39,689 nucleotides of DNA from an uncultured Candidatus Saccharibacteria bacterium (GTDB lineage Bacteria; Patescibacteriota; Minisyncoccia; Minisyncoccales; JANBVM01), in assembly GCA_964548875.1 (NCBI GenBank), contig CAZJSP010000002.1:1-39689 (forward strand). Direction: 5' to 3'. The notes under the pieces are model-generated. The model ran no database searches, was not told the DNA's origin, and saw only the letters and a list, made by a program, of their open reading frames with translations. Positions 8,736 through 17,397 of this stretch are shown piece by piece. Within the stretch, counting starts at the first letter, position 1; each line of letters begins with the position of its first letter. The position numbers and the translations under genes are program-made.

Positions 8736-9504
8736 GTTGAAAATAAGATCTAATAGTTTTCTTAAATTTATTAATTCTAGAGTTCATTTTTTGATTATAA
8801 TAACGATATTTAAAAATATCTGTTCTAATCGGACCCACCACAATCATATAAATTCCAGCCAAACAATATTTTAAATAAGTTTTAATACTTCCGTCTCTTT
8901 TTGTTCTTCGAGCCGAAGTTAAAACGGGTTCTATTTCAATGTATCCAAACTTGCCAACTTTTCCAACTTGCCGAACATATTCATGATCTTCAGCTAATAA
9001 AATAGTTTCATCAAAACCTCCTATTTTTTCATGAATTAATCGCCTGGCTAAAATAGAATTAGAAGCATGAGGTAAAAAACTTTGAGTAATCTTTGCTAGT
9101 AAATTATAGGCTCGACAAGCAATTTTATCAATAATGTTCCCGTCCAAAACAATAGGAAAATAAGCTGCATCCAATTCTCTTTCTTGAAACTCTTTTAAGA
9201 TATTTTCAAAAAAATTATCAGGCAAATGAATATTGTCGGCATCCATAAATAATAGAACGTCGCTCTTAGCCACCTTTGCTCCCTCATTTCTTCCTTTAGC
9301 TGGAATTCCCCCTTTAACAATTCGACAGCCAAATTCTTTAGCTATTTCAATTGTTCGATCATTAGATTTGGCATCAGCAACAATAATTTCATAATCTTTA
9401 AAATTCTGTTTTTTAATTTCATTTAAAAAAACAGGTAAATAGTTTTCTTCATTAAGAGTTGGGATAATAATACTAATCATATTAAAATAATTTTTTAGCC
9501 TCAT
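8728..9504 (-). CDS. Family 2 glycosyltransferase (polyprenyl-phosphate sugar transferase-like)
   Basis: SIIIPTLNEENYLP and LFMDADN (DxD) motifs with a hydrophobic C-terminal segment. An alternative ATG at 9480 (MISIIIPT) would remove the 23-nt overlap with the upstream gene. Confidence 0.85.
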   Translation of the reverse strand: MRLKNYFNMISIIIPTLNEENYLPVFLNEIKKQNFKDYEIIVADAKSNDRTIEIAKEFGCRIVKGGIPAKGRNEGAKVAKSDVLLFMDADNIHLPDNFFENILKEFQERELDAAYFPIVLDGNIIDKIACRAYNLLAKITQSFLPHASNSILARRLIHEKIGGFDETILLAEDHEYVRQVGKVGKFGYIEIEPVLTSARRTKRDGSIKTYLKYCLAGIYMIVVGPIRTDIFKYRYYNQKMNSRINKFKKTIRSYFQHD

Positions 9505-10483
9505 TCCAAATTTGAGGTTGTTTTTTTTCTGTTTTCATCCAATACCACCACTCCGCCCCCCAAAGATAAAATTCTTCAAAACCAGTCTGACGGGCAAATT
9601 GAATGTTTTCTTTAAACAGATCAATATTCATAGTTTTCATCTGTTCTTCAAATGGAGAAGAATAAAGTAAACTCGGGCCCCAAGGTTCAGCCTGTAATTC
9701 AGCACAAATAACCTTTTTATCAAACTGTTGACTAATTAAATCTTTCTTTTTCCAATAATAAAAGGGAGGAAGAGGATAAGAAAAATACCTGTTAAAATCG
9801 CTCATCCAAACTTCTCGATACATTGTTACTCCAACAAAATCACCAAGATTGGCTGCTTCTATCCATAAAGAAGCCTCCCCACTATCAGTAATCATAATGG
9901 GTTTCTTGAAAAAAGAATCCAAGCTTCTAACTAGCTCTATTTCTTCTTTTAAATGTTCTTTGTCAACCCAAGGACAATCGCCGAATTGAAACAATGGTTC
10001 GTTTTCTACCGACCAAGCAACAATATTACGATATCCACTATACCGATTAACAAGAACATGTACAAGTCTCAAAATTACTTCTTGCTGTTCTTCTTTATTC
10101 AATTGTTTAGCCCAATCAGGGATATGGCATTCCGGCCATCTTCCTGTTTTCATACCAATAACTAAAATAACTTCAGTCCCATTTTTTCTAGCCTCCTCCA
10201 GCTGCCAGTCCAAATCCCTAAACCTATAATTGCCTCGTTCTGGCTCAATCAAATCCCAATGAGAAATAACCTTAATCTTCTTAACTTCTAAATCCTTTAA
10301 CAAGGCGCTGTAATTATGTTGCCAGTTCAATCCTAAATCACGAGCATGTTTTTGAGAAAAAACTACTCCAAATTCAGGATTTTCTGTTTTTGGAACCTCT
10401 CCTAAGAAAAAGTAAATTACAGTTAAAGAAGACCCGATAACTAAAACTAAAAAAGTAATTTGTAAAACTTTCTTAATGTTCAT
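9482..10483 (-). CDS. Membrane-anchored clan GH-A (TIM-barrel) glycoside-hydrolase-like protein
   Basis: N-terminal TM (VLQITFLVLVIGSSLTVIYFF). WDLIEPERGNYRF and VAWSVENEP (NEP acid/base-type motif) are present, with a later AELQAEPWG segment. The family assignment comes from motif memory only. Confidence 0.6.
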   Translation of the reverse strand: MNIKKVLQITFLVLVIGSSLTVIYFFLGEVPKTENPEFGVVFSQKHARDLGLNWQHNYSALLKDLEVKKIKVISHWDLIEPERGNYRFRDLDWQLEEARKNGTEVILVIGMKTGRWPECHIPDWAKQLNKEEQQEVILRLVHVLVNRYSGYRNIVAWSVENEPLFQFGDCPWVDKEHLKEEIELVRSLDSFFKKPIMITDSGEASLWIEAANLGDFVGVTMYREVWMSDFNRYFSYPLPPFYYWKKKDLISQQFDKKVICAELQAEPWGPSLLYSSPFEEQMKTMNIDLFKENIQFARQTGFEEFYLWGAEWWYWMKTEKKQPQIWNEAKKLF

Positions 10484-11775
10484 CTGGTTTTAGCAATAAT
10501 ATTCTTTATAGTTAAAACTCCTCTTTTTTCTGCTTCAATAAAGCCCTCCATTGCTGCCTCAGCCAACCAACCATTTTTCAAATAATCAAACAGCCACTCA
10601 TTAGTATGATTGATATCTTTTTGATCTATAGCAAATCCAGAATTCTTTAACCAGCGACGATTAAATCTTTCTTGAGAGCCAATAGGAGGAGCCATAATAA
10701 TAGGAACCCCTAAAGCGCTGAAAAAAGATAGTTCGCTAGGTTTAGTCCATAAAATATCTGTTTCTCTTAAGGCAGAATTAAATTTATCAAAATAATCATA
10801 AATTTTCTCACTAAAAATAATTTCTATCCCCTTTCCAACCTGATCTTTTAATTCTAGTTCCTTAATACTGTCAACAAAATATCTTCTTACTTCTTCTCTA
10901 ATTCCAGCCACAAAAATAATTTTTACCTTTCCAGCCTTAACCTTGTCTTTCAAATTTCTTAAAATTTGAATTCCTAATTCTTTTTGAGCTCCTGCCCCTC
11001 CAACAGCAAACATAATAGTAGGAGAACGAGGCTTCTTTTTAGGCAGCTTTTTTAAATATTCCTTAATTAAAGACTGATATTTCTCAAAATATTTTTTTTC
11101 AGGATCAAGAACTAATAGTCTTTCAGCCAAATCTTTCTTCAAAATTTCTAATTTCTCGCCCCCAATATTGGTTAAGGGTAAAGGGTAACCAGTAAAGAAG
11201 ATGTTCTCTGATCGCACCCCATAAAGCTTTAATCTTTCAACTGCTCTTTCGGTTGGAGCTAAATATTTAATTCTGCTTCGGGCTGGATCTAAAGGCGCCC
11301 AAGCTCTAGAAATATCAGCATCACAAACAGTACAATAAATATCACCCGGGTAATGGAAATATTCAGCCATAAAGGCTAAAACATAAAAAGTACAAATCAT
11401 AGGAATAGGTTTTTTGCCTAGCTCCCCAATTAAATCACTCCCCCATCCTTTTTGAATAAAATTATAGGTTCTTTTAACTGAAAAATTAGGTCGAGATAAA
11501 TTTCTCTTCGGATAAAAAGAAGATATTTCTTGATATTTATCAAAAAGATAAAAAGATAAGTCGCCAATTAAAGGAATTCTCTTAAATCTGGAAATAAACT
11601 CATAAAAGCTATGAAAGCTCTTCCATATTTTTTTATCTTTATCAGGAATCCCCTCATAGTCATTAGCAATAATAATCTCTTTTTTAGGAGCAAGTTCTTT
11701 AAGAGCATGAGCCGTTCTTTGATGGCCATAACCCATATTAACTGAAAGAATTCTTGCTTTTGGATTTTTACTCAT
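10480..11775 (-). CDS. GT-B fold glycosyltransferase, GT28 / MGDG-synthase (UgtP)-like
   Basis: N-terminal ILSVNMGYGHQRTAHAL resembles the MGDG-synthase GGGH motif. C-terminal GVPIIMAPPIGSQERFNRRWL resembles the GT28 P-G-Q-E..N motif. There is a 4-nt overlap with the downstream gene. Confidence 0.7.
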   Translation of the reverse strand: MSKNPKARILSVNMGYGHQRTAHALKELAPKKEIIIANDYEGIPDKDKKIWKSFHSFYEFISRFKRIPLIGDLSFYLFDKYQEISSFYPKRNLSRPNFSVKRTYNFIQKGWGSDLIGELGKKPIPMICTFYVLAFMAEYFHYPGDIYCTVCDADISRAWAPLDPARSRIKYLAPTERAVERLKLYGVRSENIFFTGYPLPLTNIGGEKLEILKKDLAERLLVLDPEKKYFEKYQSLIKEYLKKLPKKKPRSPTIMFAVGGAGAQKELGIQILRNLKDKVKAGKVKIIFVAGIREEVRRYFVDSIKELELKDQVGKGIEIIFSEKIYDYFDKFNSALRETDILWTKPSELSFFSALGVPIIMAPPIGSQERFNRRWLKNSGFAIDQKDINHTNEWLFDYLKNGWLAEAAMEGFIEAEKRGVLTIKNIIAKTR

Positions 11776-11839
11776 ATTTTTTTGAAAAAATTAATAATAG
11801 TTCTTCTCTATTTTATCAAAATTAAAACAAGCAAACAAC

Positions 11840-13282
11840 TTATACCTTTATTTCTCTCTTTTTATTAATCTTCCAAATTAAAAAACCTAAAACAAAATAA
11901 GCAATAATAACCCAAATTAAAGAAACTCCCTCCCAAATAATATTGTAAAAGGGGAAATAAGAAGACAGATTAATTATTTTTAGAATATAAGTTAAAACAA
12001 GCCAAACAGGAAAAGACAAAGCTATTCCTAAATTAGTAGAAATTAATCCAATAAAAGACAAAATAAAACCCAGAATAGTAATTGAAGTAATAAGAGGAAC
12101 AATCAATAAATTAACTAAGGGGCCAACTAAAGACACTCGACCAAAGTTATAAACAGAAATAGGGAGAGTAAAAAACTGAGCTGCTAAGGTTGCCGACAAA
12201 GTATATCTCATTTCAAAAACATTCGGAATTTTTTGAAACCAATTATAAAAAATAGGTTGTAAATAAACTAAGCCCAAAATTGCTAAAAAAGATAATTGGA
12301 ACCCAATATCTAAAATTAGTAAAAGAGGATTAAATAAAAGCATTAAGAAGGCCGAAATAACAATAATTCTTACTCCGCTTGAATCTCTCCCAAAATACTG
12401 AGAAATTAAAAAAATAATGCCCATAATTCCAGCCCGAACAGCGGCTGAGGGAGCTCCAATAATAGAAACATAAAAAATAACAAAAATAATAGAAAAGTAG
12501 AAAGCCTGTTTTCTCCACAATCCTAATATTAAAAATAAATTCAAAACCAAAGATGAAATAATAGTGATATTCATTCCTGAAACTGCAGTAATATGACGAG
12601 TTCCAGTATCATTAAATTTATTAATCCACTCCTTAGAAATGTTTTCTTCATCTCCAAAAAAGAGAGCCTCTAATAATCCTGACTGCGGAGAAGGTAAAAT
12701 TAAATCAATACTCTTTCTTAATTTTTCCTTAAAAACAATTAAATTTTTTTTAATAGGATTTCTGGTATTTTTTTCTAGCAACTCTATTTTTGGCTTATAC
12801 ATAACAGCATAAATACCATCTTTGCCTAAATAAGGCTGATAATCAAAACCTTCAAAAAAAGAAGGTTTTTCTAATTTACCTTCTATCCTTAATTTATCTC
12901 CATAATTATATTCTGGATATTTCCAGGCAGTAACTAAAACCTTAGCATCTACTCCTTCTATTTGAACCTCTATTCGAGAATTTGATTGTCTTGATTCTGG
13001 TTTTTCAATAATAGAACCATTAAAAATAACTTCCTCACCCCAATACTCTGTTAAACCATTATGGTAAATTTCATAGTTAGAAGCTTGATACCTCCAAGCT
13101 CCAAAAATAAAAAAGAAAAAACAAAAACCCAAAAAAATTAGTTTTTTATTATTCCAACTAATTAAAATAAAAAAAGAATTTAAAATAAAAAGCCAAAAGA
13201 AGTCTAAATAAAGAAAAGAATTTAAAAGAATCCCGAAAATAAAGGAGAGACAAAAACAAAAAAAGGTATCAGATTTACTCAT
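11840..13282 (-). CDS. comEC: ComEC/Rec2-family DNA-uptake channel protein (DUF4131 OB-fold plus Competence domain, no metallo-beta-lactamase domain)
   Basis: It is a polytopic membrane protein with an OB-like segment (VIFNGSIIEKPESRQ..RIEV..GDKLRIEGKLEKP). TGTRHITAVSGMNITII matches the competence-domain signature. The ORF ends at 480 aa without an HxHxDH module. Confidence 0.85.
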   Translation of the reverse strand: MSKSDTFFCFCLSFIFGILLNSFLYLDFFWLFILNSFFILISWNNKKLIFLGFCFFFFIFGAWRYQASNYEIYHNGLTEYWGEEVIFNGSIIEKPESRQSNSRIEVQIEGVDAKVLVTAWKYPEYNYGDKLRIEGKLEKPSFFEGFDYQPYLGKDGIYAVMYKPKIELLEKNTRNPIKKNLIVFKEKLRKSIDLILPSPQSGLLEALFFGDEENISKEWINKFNDTGTRHITAVSGMNITIISSLVLNLFLILGLWRKQAFYFSIIFVIFYVSIIGAPSAAVRAGIMGIIFLISQYFGRDSSGVRIIVISAFLMLLFNPLLLILDIGFQLSFLAILGLVYLQPIFYNWFQKIPNVFEMRYTLSATLAAQFFTLPISVYNFGRVSLVGPLVNLLIVPLITSITILGFILSFIGLISTNLGIALSFPVWLVLTYILKIINLSSYFPFYNIIWEGVSLIWVIIAYFVLGFLIWKINKKREIKV

Positions 13283-13295
13283 TAAAAAATTTTAA

Positions 13296-13487
13296 AAATA
13301 TTTCTTCTGTCTAGCAATTAAAACAAAGATTGATGAAATTAAAATATGGATCGTTACATCTAAGCCTAAGTAGGGTAAAAGAATTACGGCTTGGTGGCTT
13401 AAAAATAAAATCTCATATGACAGTCTTATTTTAACTGGTAGCAAAAAAGAGTTTTTTAAAAAAATCTTGTTTAATTATATTCGATAA
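13296..13487 (+). pseudogene. Possible degraded gene remnant (HAD-phosphatase-like C-terminal fragment) with an in-frame TAG and no start codon
   Basis: Hand translation: ..LAIKTKIDEIKIWIVTSKPK*GKRITAWWLKNKISYDSLILTGSKKEFFKKILFNYIR*. The IVTS(K/R)P and T..WL.k..i.YD.Lil patterns recall HAD/5'-nucleotidase-type proteins. It lies in an otherwise unexplained 261-bp spacer. The evidence is weak. Confidence 0.25.
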
Positions 13488-13543
13488 CCAAAAAATTTAC
13501 GATAATAGGAAAAATAACTTAAGAATAGTATGGCCCCCTTTTT

Positions 13544-14257
13544 TTATCTTACCTTACAAATATCAAAACTATCTTTAATTTCCTTTTTAATTTCTTCAAG
13601 AAACTCTTCAGAATACGGTTTCTTTTTCATAAAGCTAGGATTAATAGTCTCTTTATCAACTCTATAATTTTGTAAAAAATACCTTTTAGCTGGTTTAATC
13701 CAATCAACAATTTCTTTAATGTCTTCTTTTTCTAAAAGGCCAGGAATAACTGTTGTTCTAAACTCATGTTCGACCTTATTTTCCTTTAAAAGATTAATGC
13801 TTTTTTCTATTTGATTAGACATGGCCTTGGTCCATTTTTCATCCAGTCCGCTCATAACAGCATATTTATCTTTTGGACCCTTAACATCCATAGCAATATA
13901 ATCAACCAACTTTTCTTGAATAAGTTTTTCAGTAACTTCAGGGTTAGAACCATTAGTATCTAGCTTGACTAAAAAACCCTTTTCTTTAATTTTTTTAGAG
14001 AAATCAATTAAATCAAAATGAATAGTCGGTTCTCCTCCACAAATTACAACTCCCTCAAGTCGCCCCTTTCTTTTATCTAAAAATTCAAAAAAATATTTCT
14101 CAAGAATTAATTCTTGATCTTTAATTTTTTCAGGAATAACAATTTCTGAAGAATAACAATAAGGACAACGAAAATTGCAACCCACAGTAAAAACGGTTGC
14201 CGCTATTTTATTTGGATAATCAAGAAGAGTTAACTTCTCAAGTCCTCCAATTTTCAT
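13544..14257 (-). CDS. nrdG: Anaerobic ribonucleotide reductase activating protein (radical SAM)
   Basis: CNFRCPYCY (CxxxCxxC) motif. The gene has a 4-nt overlap with nrdD upstream. Confidence 0.92.
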   Translation of the reverse strand: MKIGGLEKLTLLDYPNKIAATVFTVGCNFRCPYCYSSEIVIPEKIKDQELILEKYFFEFLDKRKGRLEGVVICGGEPTIHFDLIDFSKKIKEKGFLVKLDTNGSNPEVTEKLIQEKLVDYIAMDVKGPKDKYAVMSGLDEKWTKAMSNQIEKSINLLKENKVEHEFRTTVIPGLLEKEDIKEIVDWIKPAKRYFLQNYRVDKETINPSFMKKKPYSEEFLEEIKKEIKDSFDICKVR

Positions 14258-16389
14258 AATTCTAAAGAGGTATTAACGTGAGACAGTGTTTTTTTATTTT
14301 CAAATTCCTTTCTTTCCTTAAATTCTTGTTGCTTACCCTTATTCCATTCTTGAACTGGCCTTAAATAGCCAACAATTCTAGAATAAACTTCACAAGGCTG
14401 TTTGACAGCACATTTAGGACACTCAAAGTGTTCTCCGGCAATATAGCCATGAACCGGACAAATTGAAAAAGTAGGAGTTAATGTTAAATAGGGTAGCTTA
14501 TGTTTTTCAAAGGCTTTTTTAATTAATTTTTTAGCACTTTGAACTTCTTTAATTTTTTCACCTAAAAATAAGTGTAAGACAGTTCCTCCAGTATATTTAC
14601 ACTGAATTTCGTCCTGAGACTCTAAAGCTTCAAAAGCATCAGTCGTGTAGCCAACTGGTAATTGACTAGAGTTGGTATAATAAGGGGTCTCTTTAGTTCC
14701 AGCAGTAATAATGTCTTTGTATTTTTCCTTGTCGGCTAAAGCTAATCGATAGGAAGTTGATTCAGCTGGAGTAGCCTCTAAATTGTAAATATGGCCAGTT
14801 TCCTCCTGATAAGACTGAAGCTTATCTCTCATAAAATCTAAAATTTCCAAAGATAGTTTTTTGCCTTTTTTAGTTGTAATATCTTTTCCAATAAAGTTTA
14901 AAAGAGTTTCATTCATTCCTGTTAGCCCAATAGTAGAAAAATGATTAGCATAATATTCCCCCCTAATTTTTTTAATCGAACTCAAATAATATTTAGAGTA
15001 AGGATAAAGCCCTTTCTCAATATAATTATCTAAGCTTTTTCTTTTAATTTCTAAACTACTCTTAGCTAAATCCATCATTTGACCCAATCTCTTCAAAAAC
15101 TCTTTTTTAGTTTTAGAAAGATAACCAATTCTTGGCAAGTTAATAGTTACTACTCCAATACTCCCAGTCAAAGCTCCTGCTCCAAAGAGTCCTCCTCCTC
15201 CCCTATTATGCAAGCTTTTTAAATCAAGTCTTAATCGACAACACATAGAACGAACATCCGAAGGCTTCATTGCTGAATTAATATAATTAGCAAAATAATT
15301 AGTCCCATATTTAGCTGAGGCCTTAAAAATTAAATCAGCTGATTCACTATTCCAAGGAAAGTCTTTAGTAATATTAATAGTCGGAATAGGAAAATGAAAA
15401 GGTCTACCACTCTTATCTCCTTCTAGAGCAACCTCATAAAAAGCTTTAACTAAAAGCTCCATTTCAGCTTCAAATTCTGAATAAGTTTCGTCTTGAGGTT
15501 TACCGCCAATTATAACGGACTGATCAGCAAAAGCAGCGGAAGGTTTTAAATCTAAAGTAATATTAGTAAAGGGACATTGAAATCCCACCCTAGTAGGAAC
15601 AGCCATGTTATATAGAAATTCCTGCATTGCCTGTTTAACCTGAGTATAATTTAAATTGTCGTAACGAATAAAAGGAGCTAGCAAAGTATCAAAGTTAGAA
15701 AAAGCAACAGCTCCTGCTGCTTCTCCTTGAAGAGTATAAAGAAAATTAACAATTTGTCCTAGAGCTGATTTAAAATGCTTAGGAGGGTTAGATTCAACTT
15801 TCCCCTGAACACCACCAAAACCTTTTAATAAAAAATCATATAAATCCCATCCCATACAATAGCAACCAAGAGTGTCTAGGTTATGAATATGAAAATCTCC
15901 ATTTTCATTAGCCTCCCTAATTTGTTTCGGATAAATTTTATTAAGCCAATATTTTTTAACAATATAAGAAATTCCATAACGATTTAAACCCTGTAAAGAA
16001 AAGGACATATTAGCATTTTCTCGAACCTCCCAATCTAGCCTTTCTAGATAATTATCGATTCGATCAACAGCTTTTTCACTAATCTCAACCGCTTCTCTAA
16101 TTTTTCTACGTTGTTCTCTGTATAAAATAAAAGCTTTGGCTGTTTTAGCCAAATCTTCCGCAATTAATACTTCCTCCACTATGTCTTGGATGTGTTCAAC
16201 AGTAGGAATCTCGTCTTTTTTAAATCTTCTTTTTAAAATAGCGACAACTCTGCCAGCTAAATCTTCTGCCTTTTTTTCATCTCCTTGATGAGTAGCAGTG
16301 ATGGCCTTGAATATTACGTTTGAAATTTTTGACTGATCAAAGTCAACAATGCGCCCGTCCCTTTTTTGAATTCTTGTAATTTGTGTCAT
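14254..16389 (-). CDS. nrdD: Class III (anaerobic) ribonucleoside-triphosphate reductase
   Basis: N-terminal ATP-cone (IQKRDGRIVDFDQSKI). C-terminal Zn site (CPVHG..CPKC) and glycyl-radical motif (SRIVGYLRP). Confidence 0.95.
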   Translation of the reverse strand: MTQITRIQKRDGRIVDFDQSKISNVIFKAITATHQGDEKKAEDLAGRVVAILKRRFKKDEIPTVEHIQDIVEEVLIAEDLAKTAKAFILYREQRRKIREAVEISEKAVDRIDNYLERLDWEVRENANMSFSLQGLNRYGISYIVKKYWLNKIYPKQIREANENGDFHIHNLDTLGCYCMGWDLYDFLLKGFGGVQGKVESNPPKHFKSALGQIVNFLYTLQGEAAGAVAFSNFDTLLAPFIRYDNLNYTQVKQAMQEFLYNMAVPTRVGFQCPFTNITLDLKPSAAFADQSVIIGGKPQDETYSEFEAEMELLVKAFYEVALEGDKSGRPFHFPIPTINITKDFPWNSESADLIFKASAKYGTNYFANYINSAMKPSDVRSMCCRLRLDLKSLHNRGGGGLFGAGALTGSIGVVTINLPRIGYLSKTKKEFLKRLGQMMDLAKSSLEIKRKSLDNYIEKGLYPYSKYYLSSIKKIRGEYYANHFSTIGLTGMNETLLNFIGKDITTKKGKKLSLEILDFMRDKLQSYQEETGHIYNLEATPAESTSYRLALADKEKYKDIITAGTKETPYYTNSSQLPVGYTTDAFEALESQDEIQCKYTGGTVLHLFLGEKIKEVQSAKKLIKKAFEKHKLPYLTLTPTFSICPVHGYIAGEHFECPKCAVKQPCEVYSRIVGYLRPVQEWNKGKQQEFKERKEFENKKTLSHVNTSLEL

Positions 16390-16426
16390 TTTTTTTAATG
16401 GTTATGTTTCCATTTTAGTGAAAATT

Positions 16427-16453
16427 AAAAGGCGGGTCAAACCCGCTCTTTTT
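16427..16453 (-). terminator. Intrinsic terminator after ftsZ
   Basis: GCGGGT (16432-16437) and ACCCGC (16441-16446) form the stem with a 3-5 nt loop. An A-run and a T-run flank it. On the minus strand it is followed by CTTTTAATTTT, starting ~20 nt after the ftsZ stop. Confidence 0.6.
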
Positions 16454-16470
16454 AGCACTTTTTCCACAAT

Positions 16471-17397
16471 CTAAAATCCCGTCACGATAATAGAAACTCT
16501 AATCATTCCTTCTTTAATTTTTTTGTCTTGAGCTACTCCAAAAATAACTTTTGCTTTTGAGTCTACTCTTTTTTCAATAATTCTTCCTATTTTTTCAACT
16601 TCCGTAAGAGCCACTCCTTCTCCAGCAACATTGAAAAGAACCCCTTGAGCCCCTTTAACTGAAGAGTCGATAAGGGGTGACTCAATTGCCTTATTAACAG
16701 CTTCCTGAGCTCTGTTTTTCCCTTCTGCTTCTCCAATCCCAAACAAGGCTGTTCCAGAATCTTTCAAAACTGATTTAATGTCAGCAAAATCAATATTAAC
16801 AATTCCTGAAGAAAGAGCTAGGCTAGAAATTGAATTAACGGCCTGCCTCAAAATATTATCACAAGACCAAAAAGCCTTTTGAACTGAAGTCTTTAAATCA
16901 AGAGTTTCCATCAATTTATCATTTTTAATTGTAATCAAAGCATCAACTTCTTTTTTCAATAATCTTTGACTTGATTTAGCAATTCTCATCCTTTTCTTTC
17001 CTTCAAAAGAAAAAGGAAGAGTAACAATAGCAACAGTTAAAATGCCTAAAGATTTAGAAATATTGGCAATAACCGGTGAAGCTCCACTGCCAGTTCCCCC
17101 ACCTAATCCTCCCGTAATAAAAATCAAGCTAGCCCCTTTTAAAGCTTTTTCAATTTCTTCCTTGCTCTCTAAGGCTGCTTTTTTAGCAATTTTAGGGTTC
17201 ATCCCGGTCCCCATTCCTTTAGATATCCCGTCTCCAATTCCAATCTGAATATCCGCCTTACTTTTCTTTAAGTCTCTGTAATCAGTATTAATAGCAATCA
17301 ATTCAATATTTTTAATGTCTGATTCTCTCATCCTTAAAACAGCATTACAGCCAGAACCTCCCACTCCAACAACTTTAATTTTAATTGGGTTTTTCAT
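16471..17397 (-). CDS. ftsZ: Cell-division GTPase FtsZ, globular core only (no C-terminal linker or conserved tail)
   Basis: IKVVGVGGSGCNAV and the tubulin signature GGLGGGTGSGASPV are present. The protein ends ..RVSIIVTGF*, the position where the core ends in canonical FtsZ. Confidence 0.95.
   Translation of the reverse strand: MKNPIKIKVVGVGGSGCNAVLRMRESDIKNIELIAINTDYRDLKKSKADIQIGIGDGISKGMGTGMNPKIAKKAALESKEEIEKALKGASLIFITGGLGGGTGSGASPVIANISKSLGILTVAIVTLPFSFEGKKRMRIAKSSQRLLKKEVDALITIKNDKLMETLDLKTSVQKAFWSCDNILRQAVNSISSLALSSGIVNIDFADIKSVLKDSGTALFGIGEAEGKNRAQEAVNKAIESPLIDSSVKGAQGVLFNVAGEGVALTEVEKIGRIIEKRVDSKAKVIFGVAQDKKIKEGMIRVSIIVTGF

Noticed and set aside
16390-16473. Read-through of the ftsZ TAG to recover a C-terminal tail.
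   Set aside because: The in-frame continuation (IVEKVLKRAGLTRLLIFTKMET*) is only 22 codons, runs through the terminator hairpin and does not resemble the conserved FtsZ C-terminal peptide.
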